From assembly GCA_028023455.1 (NCBI GenBank), contig JAQFVV010000006.1, positions 8,680,001 through 8,744,000 of the forward strand: DNA of 64,000 nucleotides, read 5' to 3'. Position 1 is the stretch's first letter, and every line of letters begins with the position of its first letter. Of the stretch, positions 28,299 to 43,104 are shown piece after piece. Made by a program: the position numbers and the translations under genes. Source of the DNA: Epiperipatus broadwayi (Eukaryota; Animalia; Onychophora). The notes under the pieces were generated by a model. The model searched no databases. It was given only the letters and a program-made list of their open reading frames with translations, and was not told the origin of the DNA.

Positions 28299-30500
28299 GT
28301 TAGTAATTTCTTATTATCATTATCCTCTAATTGTAATTGATAACTGAACTTACATGCGCGAACAACTAGGTTACGGAATATTCGTTATTTAAATTCTCCT
28401 AACATTCTGTATTTATTATTTAAAAATATTTATTTATTAAAAATGATTAATTTGTTTTCCAAATCCTTGTGTGTACCTCCTCTCACAAGTATTGTTTAAT
28501 CACTTGTAACCTTTTTTTTTGTGCGGTAATGTGTTTTGCATTTTGTTTTGAGAAAATACTGTATGTACATTTCGGTCTTGTGTAATTTAAAATAGTGATA
28601 GAAACGATCGTCTTCGAACCTCTATTTTACATGACCTTTCAAGCAACTAGGCTTTTTTTTTAAAAAAAAAAATTTATTTCACTGCAATTTAAAAGTCTCA
28701 TTACCTATTGAGAATAAAATGAAAGTGAGAACCATGATTTTGAAATTTACAGTAGTCATATAATATCAATAGGTGTTAATTACCTAGGAGATCATATTGC
28801 CATTTTAGTACCAATAGTGGCAAATTGAGCTTTGTTTCAGGAACCTTTAGCTCTTGGCTTTGCCACTACCACTAGTAAACTGAACGGGCCTTATTTAAAT
28901 GAAATATGAATGCACACAATGTACGGTTGTGATGATTTTATGTGACGCATTAGATTATGGAAGAAAGTTGGGAAAAGCTTATATTATTAGAATCTTTCAG
29001 CAGTGTTTTTTTTTCTCTTTTTTTAAAAAAAAATAATTTGCAAGCATTGATAATAGGCTTTATTACTACATTCTTTCTTTTCTTTGGCAATAAGTAATCT
29101 GCTTTCAGAAATACAACTTAAAAATTCACGTTATCATAAGAAATTTTCAAAAGGTAACAAGTGACGATGTAATTGGGGAGGGGGGGTAATCCTACATATA
29201 TGTTTGGAATTTCCTATATATATATTGTATGAAAAAAAAATGTGTTGGGCACTAAAGGCGAGACGTGCTGTATCCCACCCACGGTTTGGTTATAAATAAA
29301 TATATCACAATAATTTATATATTAGATTGTTTTGAAATTATGTTCCTGAAACATATTTATTTTTTTAAAAGCAATCCTATAACAATTGTGCTTATTAAAA
29401 TAAGTTAATTAATTATTTTATAAATGAACCAGAATTGAAATTAAGGACTTTAACTTGCAGTTCCATTGGAGATATTTCCTTTAGAAATCCAGCAATAAGA
29501 TAATTTGTAGAGTTATTATTTTTGTGTTTGTTCATATAAATAAATGTATAAATATTGTTTATTTGTAGGTGTGATGGTTAGAATAGTTTGTTAATAAAAT
29601 GTTTTAATCAAAAACATTTCTACGAATCTTGAATAGATCTCTCTTTGTTTTGTTTTTTAAGATTGTATTTCAATTTACATTATCTTACTCTGCAAAAATT
29701 TAAATGAGAGAAGTTATAAGCAGTTAATTTTTCTTAATTTCTTTATAATTTTGTTTATACATGTTTTATTTAGTTGGAATGTAATTATGCTTTGGTCCAA
29801 CTTGTATATTTTACAATGGGAAAGGCCCAAAAAGAAAAGAAAAAATTGCTATCTAAATAAAATTAACTAGTTATATATTAATAGACCAAAATCTTGTTTT
29901 ATGTAGTGATCTACCTTCCCTTTAAAATATAGCATTGTAAGTTTAGAATGTACTGATATATCCATAACTGCGTGCGAATACCAGATACAGTATTTTTGTG
30001 CTATATTCCAAAATGGTAGAGCAATAATTATGTTTCATGTGTTTTTGTGAGCATTTATATTATTTTTTACATCATTATCATAATTTTCAACCATTAGTGA
30101 TCCATTGCAGAATGCTCTCCAAATTCAATCCATCAATCTCACATGTACCTCTCTATATAAAGCTATTAAATATGGATACTACTTGAACATAGTGAAATAG
30201 TTATAAAATATATCTAATTTAAGTTAAGTTTAATTACTAGTTAGAGTGAACTCTTAGATATTCTGAAGTTTCTATAGTCTTTCTAAATTACACTTTTTTA
30301 ATACTTACGTGTGCTATTCTATGATTTAAAGCTTCACTATTGGGAAGTGATTTATTTGACAAATGTATTCCACGAAGCTTCTATTTAAGCAGTAAATTTT
30401 ATCACATTGTTTTACAGTTCAATTATGATCATGCAAAAGCATGAACATTAAAAAAAAAAAAAAACCATGTAATTAATAGTTATGTGGTGGTGGGGATTCA

Positions 30501-30524
30501 GTGTGTGTGTGTGTGTGTGTGTGT
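30501..30524. repeat. (GT)12 microsatellite
   Basis: Read directly from the sequence. Confidence 0.95.
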
Positions 30525-31573
30525 CTAAATTGAGCCTAGAGAAGCATAATAAAAGTATCAATTCCCTTGGGAATATTGTAATGTGAACTATAAAATGAAG
30601 TTTCTATTCTCATTTTTATAGTACCAAATAATGACTATTGTGTTTTTTAATTTTTTTATGTTCAGAGTTTGAGCAAATTTTAGATCACTGTACTATGTAT
30701 TCTACAGTTTCTTAATTGTAAACATGTTGAATGAATGATTGATCAATGAATCTATAGCAAATATTTATTTATTATCTCTATTCCCTATGAAGAATTTTTT
30801 TTTAATTTCTCTGACCATATGTGGAATATTTTCTTCCTTTTCAGAGAAATGTCATTTCATACAAAAGGTTTCATCTTAATGCATTTGAACTATACTACTA
30901 TGTTTTTGTGCCTTTTGTTGGAATACTGTTCTTTTTTAATTTTTGCCCATTCTCATTCACATTGTCTACAACTATCACTTTATCTCTGAACTTTTTTTCT
31001 ACATTTCTATATGTTTTATAACATCCTTATGTTTTTATGATATTTTGCATATACATTTTTTCATTTTAAAGTTTTCCAATCTTATTGTCTATGAATTTTT
31101 TTGGTCACCATGTCAAACTAAATACTACATATGACTGACAGTTGTCATAATGATAGTCTGAAAATGTTTTCTTCCTAATTAATCACAAATTCTAAGGATA
31201 ATGGGCACAGTGTGTGTTGACGCTTGGAACACTCAATTGTGGAGTCAGATGTGCCATTAGAGGTAACCAGAATTCTGTTTTACTACTTTACTGGAAACTT
31301 TTTTATTGTTTATGACATATTAAAGTGGCCCTTGTTGGAGTAATAAATATTGTTTCAAGTAATTTGTAATACTGCTAATTATTTATTAAAATAGTTAGAA
31401 ATATAAGCAACCTATAATCATTTCTTTTCCCAATACATGTATGAGGGTTAATTGGTAAATTTACAAATTATAAGTAACCAAAAAACGGTAAATTATTTAA
31501 TGTTTATACATCTTAATGAACAAGTCATAAATGTACGTAATGTTTTTTTTTTTGTTTTTTTTTTAATAATTAG

Positions 31574-31752
31574 GATTGGTCGTATGTCTTTAAACCACCA
31601 CAAGTTCAACAATTTGTTGGTTCCTCCAAATACGCTCCGCTTGCTAATTTACCCAGTGTAATTCTTCCATCTATTACACTGCCAAAAAATTGTATATACA
31701 AACCTTCGTGGCAGTATAACATGCCTATAATGGATAAACATCCTCCAACCAG
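31574..31752 (+). CDS. MED13: MED13 internal coding exon (DWSYVFKPP...YAPLANLPS...LPKNCIYKPSW...)
   Basis: TTAG acceptor, GTAATT donor; matches the MED13 block D(F/W)SYVYK...APL..LPS...LP..C.Y..SW; phase-2 end joins the next exon (AGT). Confidence 0.93.
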
Positions 31753-32599
31753 GTAATTATTATATATATATATTAAATATTAATTTACACTTGGATATGT
31801 AGATATGAATATTGTTGTATTTGTTATGTAAAAATTAATGTTTATTCGTTTATTTATCGAATAGAACCAGGGGATATTTGCCAGTGGAGTAAAAGGCAAA
31901 TTGCTTTATCAGTAAAAGATCCTTATACTAGAATAGCTAAATGCATGCAAAAAGAAGCAGCCCTTTTTTGTGTGTGTGACACATTTTGAATGTTAAAAAT
32001 ATCACAACAAAATTAAGATTAGAATGAATCTTACTGATTTAATTAAAGTTATCAATAAAAGAGATTTGAAAGATATTTATAGATTTCATATATCCTTTTA
32101 TTCTTTCACAATTGACAATAGTTGAAAGCATCGCTACCTATAATTAATCCTTTGCTTTAGGAGTTGTTTTATTCTTCCACTTCTCTGCCCCAACTTTATC
32201 TGGCTTTTTGGTTGTTTTTTTTTTAATTAAAATAATAAAACTTTTTCTTTACATATCTTTTTGAGTCAATTATGCCATGATTTTTATAGCAATAAATTTT
32301 GCTTATTTGCATAAGAGATAGTGTTTTTATTAGATTTTGTTATGCGTTTTTCCTTTTAGAAATACTACCAGGAAGTTATAATTTCAATATTTTTTGTGTG
32401 TACTATTAATATTATAAAATAAAGCATTATTATTATTTTAATTCATTTTTTTTACCGTAACCTTAAAGTTAAAGTTATGAAATGGGAATGTTGTTTGAAT
32501 TTTTTTTTTTCACCGAAGAGCCAAAATCAGAATCTGTTGTCTCCACTATGGTTTCACACAAAACAAAAAATCAATAACAGCTCTAATGTTGGAAATAAT

Positions 32600-34390
32600 T
32601 TTCCTGAATGCTGGTCTGCATAAACAGTGCAAAAACTTTTTTAAAAAATGCAACATATTGGTCATTTCAAACAAATAGTTGGATTGCAAATATTTTACAT
32701 GATAGACTTTACTAAAAAAAAAAAAGTGTTTTCATTTCAAAAAAATAGAAAGGCTTTGAAATTGAAGCATCCAGAAAAAAGAAAGAAATACTATAACGAG
32801 ATTTTCTAAAGAAAATAAAATAGCATTTTCCATCAAAACCCCGTAATGTTTGTTTACAGAAATTTGAACAACTTAAATAGGATTTCATAAGTTTTTAATA
32901 CAGTTTGCAGTAGGATAAAAAGATACAAACCATTTTCAAATACAGATAAGATTGAGTTACAAATTAAAAAATAGATTGCATATGTGAATATGGTTAATTT
33001 GTCATAAATTTGCCGTGAAAATAGTATATTTCATTTTAGTTTATCAGAAAGTTAAATATTTAATAAAATAATAGAAAAAATTCTGAAAACATTTGACTAT
33101 TGATGAAGCTGCAACAGTATTCTGCAAACGTTATACTTTTTTAAAAAACTTGGAAGATTCGAGTATACAATTATCATTCATCTAGTTGAATTGGATTAAC
33201 AAATACAAAAGCGATATGCTCTTCAGCGATAGAAAATTTAAATATTGTTAGATATATTAATAACTATTCAGAAGAAAAAATTAATTCGATTTTGCTCCAT
33301 TTGTATCAGCCTTATGCTTGAAAAAAAAAAAAAACTGTCTTCAATTCATAATAATAAGGGATTGCTTAAGTCATTATTGCCAGCTTGATTTTAGACGATT
33401 CTATAAATGAAATAAAGCAAATAAATCCTTTTAAAATCTTCATTTATAAAATATTCATCAGTCCAATGACAATCAAGTTGAACTTCGCAAAAAACTTGAT
33501 GTGATAAAAATTAGTACAGTTTTAGAACTAAAATGGGTTATAGTTATCGATCAAATTTAACTATGCGGTGCACTTCACTCCACCCGTACGATATTTGTGC
33601 TCAAATAAACAATACTTAAATATGGCTAGTCATAGTCATTTTGAAAATACTTATTATTTTTTAATGATTTCCCATTAATGATTGATATTTTAAATGGAAT
33701 TTCTTTCAAATGTGTTACCGGTACTAAATGTAGTTATAATAAAGATTGAAAATCTAGTAATAAGATTTATTAAAGCCATTTGAAATGCTTGAAAAAGTAA
33801 AAGAGTTCATATGAAAAAGAATTGAATTAATTAATTACTTCAGAAACTTTCAAAAGTATAAATTTTATAAGTAATCAATTTGTTGGACTTCCTCACCAAA
33901 GTCTTTTAAAAAACGTAATAAATTTGAAGAAGAGATTAATGAACTGTGTGTTCATTTAATTAACACAGCCATAAATTAAAATTTCTCAATATTACTGAAA
34001 TATTACAGAAATTATTTTTTTATGGAAAGCAATTGAGCAACAATTGTCACCATTTAAGAAAAAAATATGAGCATATGATTGATATAAATGATTTTCGAAA
34101 TTTTGTAGAAAACTGTTTAAAAAATTTACTGAATTTTGCAGTTCCTGAAAGAATTCCAAAAGATAAAAATTAGATTGGAACAATTGCTCTGAGTCATGCA
34201 TAAAGAAACGGGGGAAGGGGTGTCCCTCAAAAGTGAACATAATATGCTCAGGTAAGAGAAATCTTTTAACTGTTTTTAATTTATTGAATACGATGGTTAT
34301 TAGTCTAATCTACTTAACTTTGAATGGATGAGTTTCTGATCCGATGGTGAACAAGTGGCTAAGAATTAATCTCATAACGGATAATATTTG
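32600..34390 (+). pseudogene. Decayed hAT transposase (KIAA1586-like group)
   Basis: Collinear fragments across frameshifts: PECWS..., VFNTV...KPFS...IELQIKN, IDEAATV (catalytic D), LQLILDDSINEIKQIN.FKIF...HQSNDNQ.EL, NDFRNFVEN, TIALS...MNIICSGKRNLLTV (dimerisation domain), KWLR. Confidence 0.8.
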
Positions 34391-35436
34391 GATAGGAGCA
34401 AAGCAAGTTTTAAAAGACGACACCAATAAGAAGCAATGTGGAAATATTTGAAATCCTAATTTTTTTACTTCTTTTTAAACGATATATTATGAAAAATTTT
34501 ATTAACATTTTTATAACTTTTTTTATAATATAATTTCTTTTTGTAACTCTATGTATGACTATATGAAATCTTAAATTTTAGCATGTGGAAATGGTGTGTT
34601 AAATTATATGAATTCTACCATCGCACTTATGTTATATTTTATTGAATTTTGTTTGGATAATTTTAATATAAACTTTTATCATTTGTATTTGGACTTAATC
34701 AGTGAAGTATTGAATAGCTGCACACTCTCAGATCTAACTGCTTCAGCTTCACCTATTTATATAGAAAGTAGTTTGAAGTAAAGAAGTATCCCCCTCTTTT
34801 CTTCCAAATCGTAAGCTTGTGGTTAAGACCTGTAGAGGTCCCTACTATCGCATTTTTACACGCACATTCTTGAGGTTACAGCCTTAGTAAATATTACTTC
34901 TCATTTTATATATTTGAGATTTCACACAAGCATTTTTTTTTATAAAAAAAATTACTATTATCTTCACAACCAGTTTTGATTAAGATATCAGAGTTGGAAA
35001 TTTTAGCTCTTTTACAGTTAAAGGAACTTTAATAAAAGTTCAGTTTCAGCCGCATATATTATGAGTATATTAATCCCACATTTGACCAATGAAACGGGTA
35101 AATATCAGGCTGTTTGTAAATCAAATAAACAAAGGCTGAGTAATTGCTAATTACCCATATGCTTATTGAAGCGTCTCTATTATGTGCGAAAAACAATTCC
35201 TTTTACAGTATTACAGATATATTAATTATTATATAGTTATGTTTGTTTATATAGATTACTCTTTAAATATTTGAAATATCAGGAAATGAAGTATTTTATT
35301 TTTTTAATTGTAGAATTTTAATTTTTTTTTTTTAATCGATAGTAATTTTTTTTAAAAATATTTTTCTGTCTACTTTTTCATATATAAGTAATTAGCATTG
35401 TTTTTTTGTAATTAATTATTCTTTTTATTATTTTAG

Positions 35437-36155
35437 TCATTTTAATGCTATGCCACATGTGGAACAAATGGAGAGGCTTCCTGGAAATATAGGCCGAGTT
35501 GAAGTATCGCCTGCACCTTTGCATGGAAGTGTAGAACCGCGAATGCCTATGAGTTATGAGCTTCCCTCTCCGGCATCTAATGCATCATCCTACATGAATA
35601 AAAATCTTAATTCTATGGACAACAGCGGGACTGTGTCACAGATACCAGAAGCTCATAGTTTATTGGTTAATTTAATTCTTTCCGATTCTCTGTTGAACAT
35701 TTTCAAAGACCACAATTTTGATAGTTGTACAATATGTGTTTGCAATATGAATATAAAAGGTGCAGATGCTGGCATATATGTTCCGGATTCTAATAGTGAT
35801 GAGCCGCAATACAAATGCACATGTGGATTTAGTGCAGTTAAAAATCGGCAGTACAGCAGGCATTCAGGATTATTTTATGAAGATGAAGTGGACATAACTG
35901 GCATACGGGAAGACTGGATAGATCAAAGAAAATCAAGTTTATTGGCCATTAATCCTATTAAGGATTGTGGTTCTTCCGGGACTAGTAATGGAAAATTGGA
36001 TGATTCTGTTGTTGAAGAAATGTCGCCTGTCATATTGGAATTAATACAGATGCAGTGTGCAACACCATATTCGTCTTGTAATATTTTTCATAAGTGTGCC
36101 AAGATGCATTCACCGCCTTCATCTTGGACATCCTGCAGTTTTCTACTTTTTTCAG
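35437..36155 (+). CDS. MED13: MED13 large internal exon (PEAHSLLVNLILSDSLLNIFKDHNFDSCTICVCNMNIKGAD...CTCGFSAV...GLFYEDE)
   Basis: Lies in ORF 35450..36262; hallmark MED13 motifs; TTTTAG acceptor, GTGATT donor at 36156; phase matches both neighbouring exons. Confidence 0.97.
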
Positions 36156-39100
36156 GTGATTTTTTTTTTTTTACTTATATTAATTACAAAATAATAAAAA
36201 CAGTTGATTTAATATCCTATTTTATAATGCTAAAATTATTTACCTTGCTCCGTGTAATTTAAAACAGTGGTAGAATATTGGACAATAGAGTTCAAGATTC
36301 GTTGATCTCTGGTCCACCCTGCCATTTCCGGTGCTCAAACTTCTTATGTACTCATGAGTAATTGAATTATTCAATTATTATATTATTTATTTTGTGCAAA
36401 ATTTAATTTGCTTTTAAGAAAACCTTGTATAATTATATATTGTCATATAAACAAATTGATATCTATTTTTAAGCTTTAAAACTAGGGTCTAAATTAAAAT
36501 TTATGATATTGTCTTATGTAAACAAGACATTTATTTTATATAGCGCGATGTTTTATAAACTGTAATATTAATAAGCTAATGCACATGCGTTTTGTAGATG
36601 TAACTATATAAATGAATACTCCCACTTTCCAAACAAGATAAAATCTTTGGGAAAAGATAGAATGAATCATCTATCCTTTCGACCCAAACGTTTATGTATG
36701 GGCAAAGTGTTTGGAAATGAGAGTATGAAGATGTTAATTGATCACTTTAAATTACTTTTTTACTACGTGAATGAATGGCGCTTTTAAATCTTATAAACTT
36801 TTTGGAATGTTTGGAGAAGATTTAAATATTGCCTTCACACTCTTTCCTAAAAAAAAATATTTAATTGGTATCATTGTTACATGGCAGTTGTTTTCAAGAT
36901 CTTTTTTCACATTTAATGAATGACTAGTACCAAATACTGTATATATTTCTTTTTTATGTATAGGTATAATCATTTTAATATATGTATATTGTATTCCGTA
37001 CATATGTAACATATTTATGATAAATTAATAGTATATAGAACAGTGATGTGGAACCTTTTTACATTTATGACCCTCTTCCTCAGATGAAAATTTGACACAA
37101 TCCATTATTCTTTTAATTAATACGCAAATTTATATTTCTGAATATTTTAGTACTAAGCACATGTGATTTGAAATGAAATTTTTGAAACAAATTGTATACT
37201 TCCACAGAACTTTTTAAAAATTTTGCAACAAAAATAGTATAAACATATTTAAAACATTTCTTTAAAAATGTGTTTTAATTACTGCATTTCGGAATTTACA
37301 TTTTTTAAAAATGGTTTAGAATCGTTTACCATTAATGCATTGAAGCTTCAATGACTGCTGCATCAGTATACAATAACTTAAATTATAAGTTATCAAATAA
37401 AATAAAAAATATAGATAAACAAAAAATGATTACATCAAAATTTGTAAATTTAATAAAATTTTATCATACAGCAGCATTTTTTCCACGATCACATTTATTT
37501 ATTTCAAATTATGTTGAAAGTATGTTTTATTCTATTCTATTCTTTTCTCTTTCCATAAGCTTGATATGATTACTGTATTTTCTATATTAAAATGTTTTCT
37601 AAGTATAAAGCTGAAGGTTTTAAAAAAATTAGTAAAGTATCTTATTCTTTTAATAATAGCCATGAAGGCAAAAAAACGTTCTCGCATTACATCAGAAGTC
37701 TTAAAAGTTTGAAAAGTTTATCGATAATCACCATGACAATGCAAATATGCTGTTTTGTCAACAAAAACTTTTATCTCGCCCAAGTGATATTTTTAATTCA
37801 AAAAACTTTTCAAAAATTGATTGTGTATTGAGGAAGTTTTATAAGATCTATGCAATGATTCAAATATGCTTTTTAAGACAACATTTCATTTTGTCGCAGT
37901 ACTAGTACAGTGACTTCAGTCTTGCGAACGAATTGTCATCATTACAGGCTCAACTAATGAACTTGTAACTAAATGATAAATGAAGCTTCCATAAATAGAT
38001 TATAAGCTGTGTCTCGGAAATGTGTTGGTGCTGTTAATGTTTTTAATATATATATCAAGCTCATAATAAATTTGATTTTGTGAGTTATACATATTGACAT
38101 AACAGTTCTAAACAGAAACTTTTAAGATCGTCTCTAAGAAAATAATATATTTACCGTAATCATGGTTATATGTGATGCTCGTTTTATAATCATGGAACTA
38201 ATAAATAAATCATGTTTTCATAAAATAAAAACAGGGAATGACGTGTTTGTTTTAACAGGTATAGTATATTTTTTGAGATTGGTCACAAATTTTTTTTGGA
38301 AAAAACATTGTGATTTTTTTGCAAAATGAAGTTTTAAAATTCAAATTAAAATTTCTTCAATGGATACTAAAATACTGAGTTGCTCCAAGCATGCTTATTC
38401 TAGATATTTTTCCTTTTCGGAAGTTTGTTAAAAAAATTATCTTTCGCCTTATTGTAAAAATGATACTTTTTTTTTTCTAAATGTTATTGTTACAATTTTA
38501 ACGATAAATACTATAGATTTTTGTAGCTAAAAGATAGCTTATAGAAATGTTATTTGTAGTGGACACATATTTCAATAATATATTGATACATAATGCCACA
38601 AAGTGAACAATCAAGTGGAAATAAATAGTAACTGTTTAAAAACGTAAAAACTATTTTATGATAAAAATACTTGTTTACATATAAAATAAGTGCTGGGAAT
38701 GAAAGATGGTCATGAACCATGCATTTATGCATGCTATAATGATGCTCGCCTATATGTAATATTTGTTTACCTTGCCTAGACTTCAATTTTATGTCATAAA
38801 AATGAAATTTCAGTGCTCTAGGCACTGTTCCATATTTTATTGAATGCGTAATATGTGTCTTATTTAAGTAAATATGTTTCCTATCTGCAGGTATTGCTTT
38901 GTGTAATTTTATAAAAGAACATTTATAAATTTATGGTTGTGCACATATGAGAATGTGGTAGTTTTTATTTTTTTTTTAAGGCAAGCATTGATTATGCTTT
39001 GTTAGTGGATGGTATACAACATTGCGCCAGAAAGACTTAGGTTCATTAATAAATTTAGAAGTGTTTGATTGCGTGTCTGGTGAATGATCACCTATTTAAA

Positions 39101-39262
39101 ACAATTTTATGAATCTTTGCTCTCATATGGTTTATTTATCAAGTTACTGACTATATAATTATGTAAAATTAAGAGCATGCTAATAGCTCTAAACAAGCTT
39201 TTTTTTTATTTATGATAAATGCTACTACAAGAGAAGACATTCAAATCATTTTTATCTTGGAT

Positions 39263-39320
39263 TGTCCCCATCCCCAGACCGGTTTCGACCTATGGGTCTC
39301 TTCAGTGAGGAGTTGGGACA
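39263..39320 (-). ncRNA. Type I hammerhead ribozyme, canonical core (family C, antisense-arm copy)
   Basis: Exact reverse complement of the 39759-39816 motif. Confidence 0.88.
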
Positions 39321-39758
39321 TTAGATTTAAAAAAACAACTCAAGCAAAGCATTTATCTAAAAGTTAATTGTTAGAAGAAGATCTGAAACTTTTAGACATC
39401 TACATGTCTTTAAAGTCAGCTCTCTTGTAGTAGCATTTATCATAAATAAAAAAAAAAAGCTTGTTTAGAGCTTTTAGTATGCTCTTAATTTTACATATTT
39501 GTAAGTGCAAGCTATATATAAGTCATGTGACATCTGACTTGTTATTATTACTATTATTATTTTGCTGTTGTGACTTTGGCTAAATTAAATGGCTAAGCCT
39601 ACTAATATATGGAGTATCTGAATTAAGTTCAGGCCCATATGATTTTTTCAGTTGGAGAGCTGACTTTAAAGACATGTAGACGTCTAAAAGTTTCAGATCT
39701 TCTTCTAACAATTAACTTTTAGATAAATGCTTTGCTTGAGTTGGTTTTTTAAATCTAG

Positions 39759-39816
39759 TGTCCCAACTCCTCACTGAAGAGACCCATAGGTCGAAACCGG
39801 TCTGGGGATGGGGACA
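39759..39816 (+). ncRNA. Type I hammerhead ribozyme, canonical core (family C, sense copy)
   Basis: TCCTCA-CTGAAGA-GACC(CATA)GGTC-GAAA-C(CG)GT-C-TGGGGA. Stem I TCCTCA/TGGGGA, 4-bp stem II, palindromic helix III ACCGGT, GUC cleavage after 39802. Distal stem I TGTCCC/GGGACA. Confidence 0.88.
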
Positions 39817-42800
39817 ATCCAAGATAAAAATGATTTGAATGTCTTCTCTTGTAGTAGCATTTATCATAAATAAATAAAAAAAGCTTGTTTAGAGCTATTA
39901 GCATGCTCTTAATTTTACATATTTGTAAGTGCAGGCTATATATAAGTCATGTGACATCTGACTTGTTATTATGACTATATAATTGTGGGAAATTAAAAAT
40001 TGTAAATCTTTAAAAACTGTTGGCAAAAAAAAATTATTACAAAAATACTTAATATATCTATAATTGTGGTCTTTCTTTCTTTGGAAAATATTTATGAGGA
40101 ATAGAAATCGCCATTGGAACAACCTTAAGATAGTTTAATTTAAAATGTAGTTCTATATTTATGACTTTTATTTATTAATTATATGTAAATTATGCATAAT
40201 TGTGTTGCAACAATACATATTAAAAGTTTTAAAATCTCTTTAAGAAACATCGGATTATATGTGCTGAACGAATCTATTTGCTTTCTTTCTGCTTTATATA
40301 CACGTACAATAGATTCATTACATTAGATTTCAATTCTAAGGGATATGTATGTCTTTTACTATGAAAGCATATAAGGCATATTTTCTTGGAAATTTTAAAT
40401 TATACCTAATTCAGTTTTGTAATATTTTGCCAGAAATTTAGAAGTGTATCATGCAAATAAATATATTTCTATAATATTAATGTTATTGGTTTAGTCAAGT
40501 ATTTTTGTTACATTGTTTATATTTGTGTAGCACCGTATTTTCATTAATGTGCTGTGTTACTACTAGACAATATACATAATGTCTTCAAAAAAATTTGTGG
40601 TTTTTTTTATTATTAGAATTTTAACTATAGTGGAGCCATAAACTACACTATATTTTGCTTTAAGCCCATAAGCACGTTTTATTGATATGCCTTGATTATA
40701 ATACGATAAGTTTGAATTATTGTACTGTAAGTATATGCACAAAAATTTAAAAAAATAATGTTATTTAATAATAAATTGTGAAAACTCATTTACATACATT
40801 TTACAATATTGTGTGTGTGTATTCAATCTTTCGTAATTTCTGTTTCATCACAATTAAAGATCTGTTCTGAACATTTTTTCCCTTCAATAATTTTTTTCAA
40901 ATTCCAATGAAAATGTAGTGGTGATTTTATTATCGGCAGATGCGGCTTCACCGCTCAATTTAACATTTTTAAAATTCTAACGGTTTCGGAATCTATACAA
41001 TCATCTGCTGTGTATTCTCGGCTAAATTTCTTCCTACAAGCCATCATCCGTAAGGTCTTTACAATTATATTATTTAACCATTGATTTAAGACTTTCTATT
41101 TTAACCAAAAAATTATCTCTTTTTTAGTTGCGGCTTTAGCTGATTCAGTACCGTAAGCAAATAATGGCACAAAATCTGCTTTTTATAATTTCTCTGATCA
41201 TTGACTCATTTTTTTGAAACATGACTGATTATTTATTTTTCCCCTTCATTTAATGAAAGTATTTTTTGTAATTATTACTTATTATATTACAATATATTTT
41301 GTTAAAGATATGGTATATACTATATTTGGTATAAAAATTTTTGAAAAAAAAAAAAATCAAAGAAAAAATTCTGTACATGTACTTTTTAACTGCAACATTG
41401 AACTGCCTTTATATTGGAAGAAAACATGAAGTAATAGATTCCTATTTGAAATTTGAGATCATTAAATTTATCAAGAAAAAAAAAAGGTTGGTGCTGGATT
41501 TTTAAAATTTAATAAGTTTGTAAGAAATTCTGTTGGATTATTTGTTTGTTTAGAAATACTTTGATACTAGTTTGCAGGTTTACTATACATACATTTAAAA
41601 AAAATAGATGTATATATATCTTTTACAAATAGAATTAAAGAAAAAAGACATTTAAAATAAAAACCTTTACATGATTAAACCTGACTTACACCAATGCACC
41701 ATCTTTCTATTTAATCTTTTAATTAATTATATTTTGATGTAAGGAGAGAAAACATTTAATTGCTTTAATATATAACAACATTGAATTTTTTTTTTAAGTG
41801 GGAAGGAACCTTATCTCTAAATCAGCTGATATGAAGTTCTTTTTAAAAATCTATTTTGTCAACAACAAAAAAAACTAGAAAATTAAGGAATTTTTTAATT
41901 CAGGTATAAAATTAGTTTATACATATTTAATACTGAATATAAGTTTCCATTAGATACAGAAAACATAATGAGCAAGAATAATAATTTATCTGCAAGCCTG
42001 ATAGATTAATGATATTATATTAATCTCTTAAATGTTCATATAATAAATAGACATGAACTGGTGGCTGTTCATTAATACTGGTAAGCCTGATTAGTGAATT
42101 CACTGGTTTTTAAAATGTCTTCTAAGTTGTCTAATAGTGTAGGTGAGACTAATTGGAATATTTTGAAGACAGAATGAAAGTACGTAGTGTGTGTACATGA
42201 ACATTTATCAGATTAAAAAATTGTGACTTTTTTTTTTATTGAAGCTATAAAAATCATACAATAGTGGTAGTGGGTAAAGCAAAAAAAAAAATAAGAATTT
42301 CTGGCTCAAACTAAATATCTAATGAATTTTTTTTTATTTTTGATTGCCTGCTGGTATTAAGTCATTTTCAAATGAAGATTATGTGAATTGAGAAAACAAT
42401 TATATCTTAAATGGAATATTGGTGGACTTTATGAACTTAATTATAAGGAGCAAATATAAGTGAAATTACTTTTGTTAGGAATAAAACATGGAAGGACAAT
42501 ATTTTAGAGATTTATAATATAGTAGACACAAATATACCAGTGCAGATAATTTTAAATGTATTCTCTAACAAGTTCTCATTTTGTTAAAAAAAATGGATAT
42601 GTAAAATTATAAAGAAATAAAATTGTATACATTTCCTAATTTTTATGAACTTGATTAATAATTGTATCACAAATATTATACAATAAATACTTAAAATGTT
42701 TTGATAGTATTCTATAATTTTTTAAGAGAAATTTATAAACAAATAGATTTAAACAAAAGCACATACTTATATAAAATTTAAAATGTCGGATTTATTTTTG

Positions 42801-43104
42801 AAATGATTATAGAATATATCATTCTTAAAACTCTAAATTTAACTATCTTTTTTTAAAGACTTAACGATTTATTCCTATCCATGGATTCTTTCATAAGTTT
42901 TTTTTATATTTATAACTAAAACAGCAATTTCTCGCAAGACATTTCAGTCAATTGAAATGCAATAAATCATTCTGTATCCTTCTGTCTTAAGAAAATCCAT
43001 TATACTCAAAATTTCACTCAGTCGTATTCTTATTCCTTAAGGTATATGCTTACAAAATATGAACTGTAGAAATAATCGTTACTGATTTTTTTCTCATGTG
43101 TCAT

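Larger units (their letters stand above)
39159..39980. mobile_element. Family C non-coding HHR element in an inverted/partly duplicated arrangement
   Basis: Antisense arm 39159-39423; sense 3' fragment 39424-~39555; spacer; sense copy 39655-~39980. The arms are near-identical by inspection. Confidence 0.85.

Noticed and set aside
37040-38400. Possible second decayed hAT (CAGTGATGTGGAACC TIR-like start)
   Set aside because: I could not identify a partner TIR or convincing collinear transposase motifs by eye.
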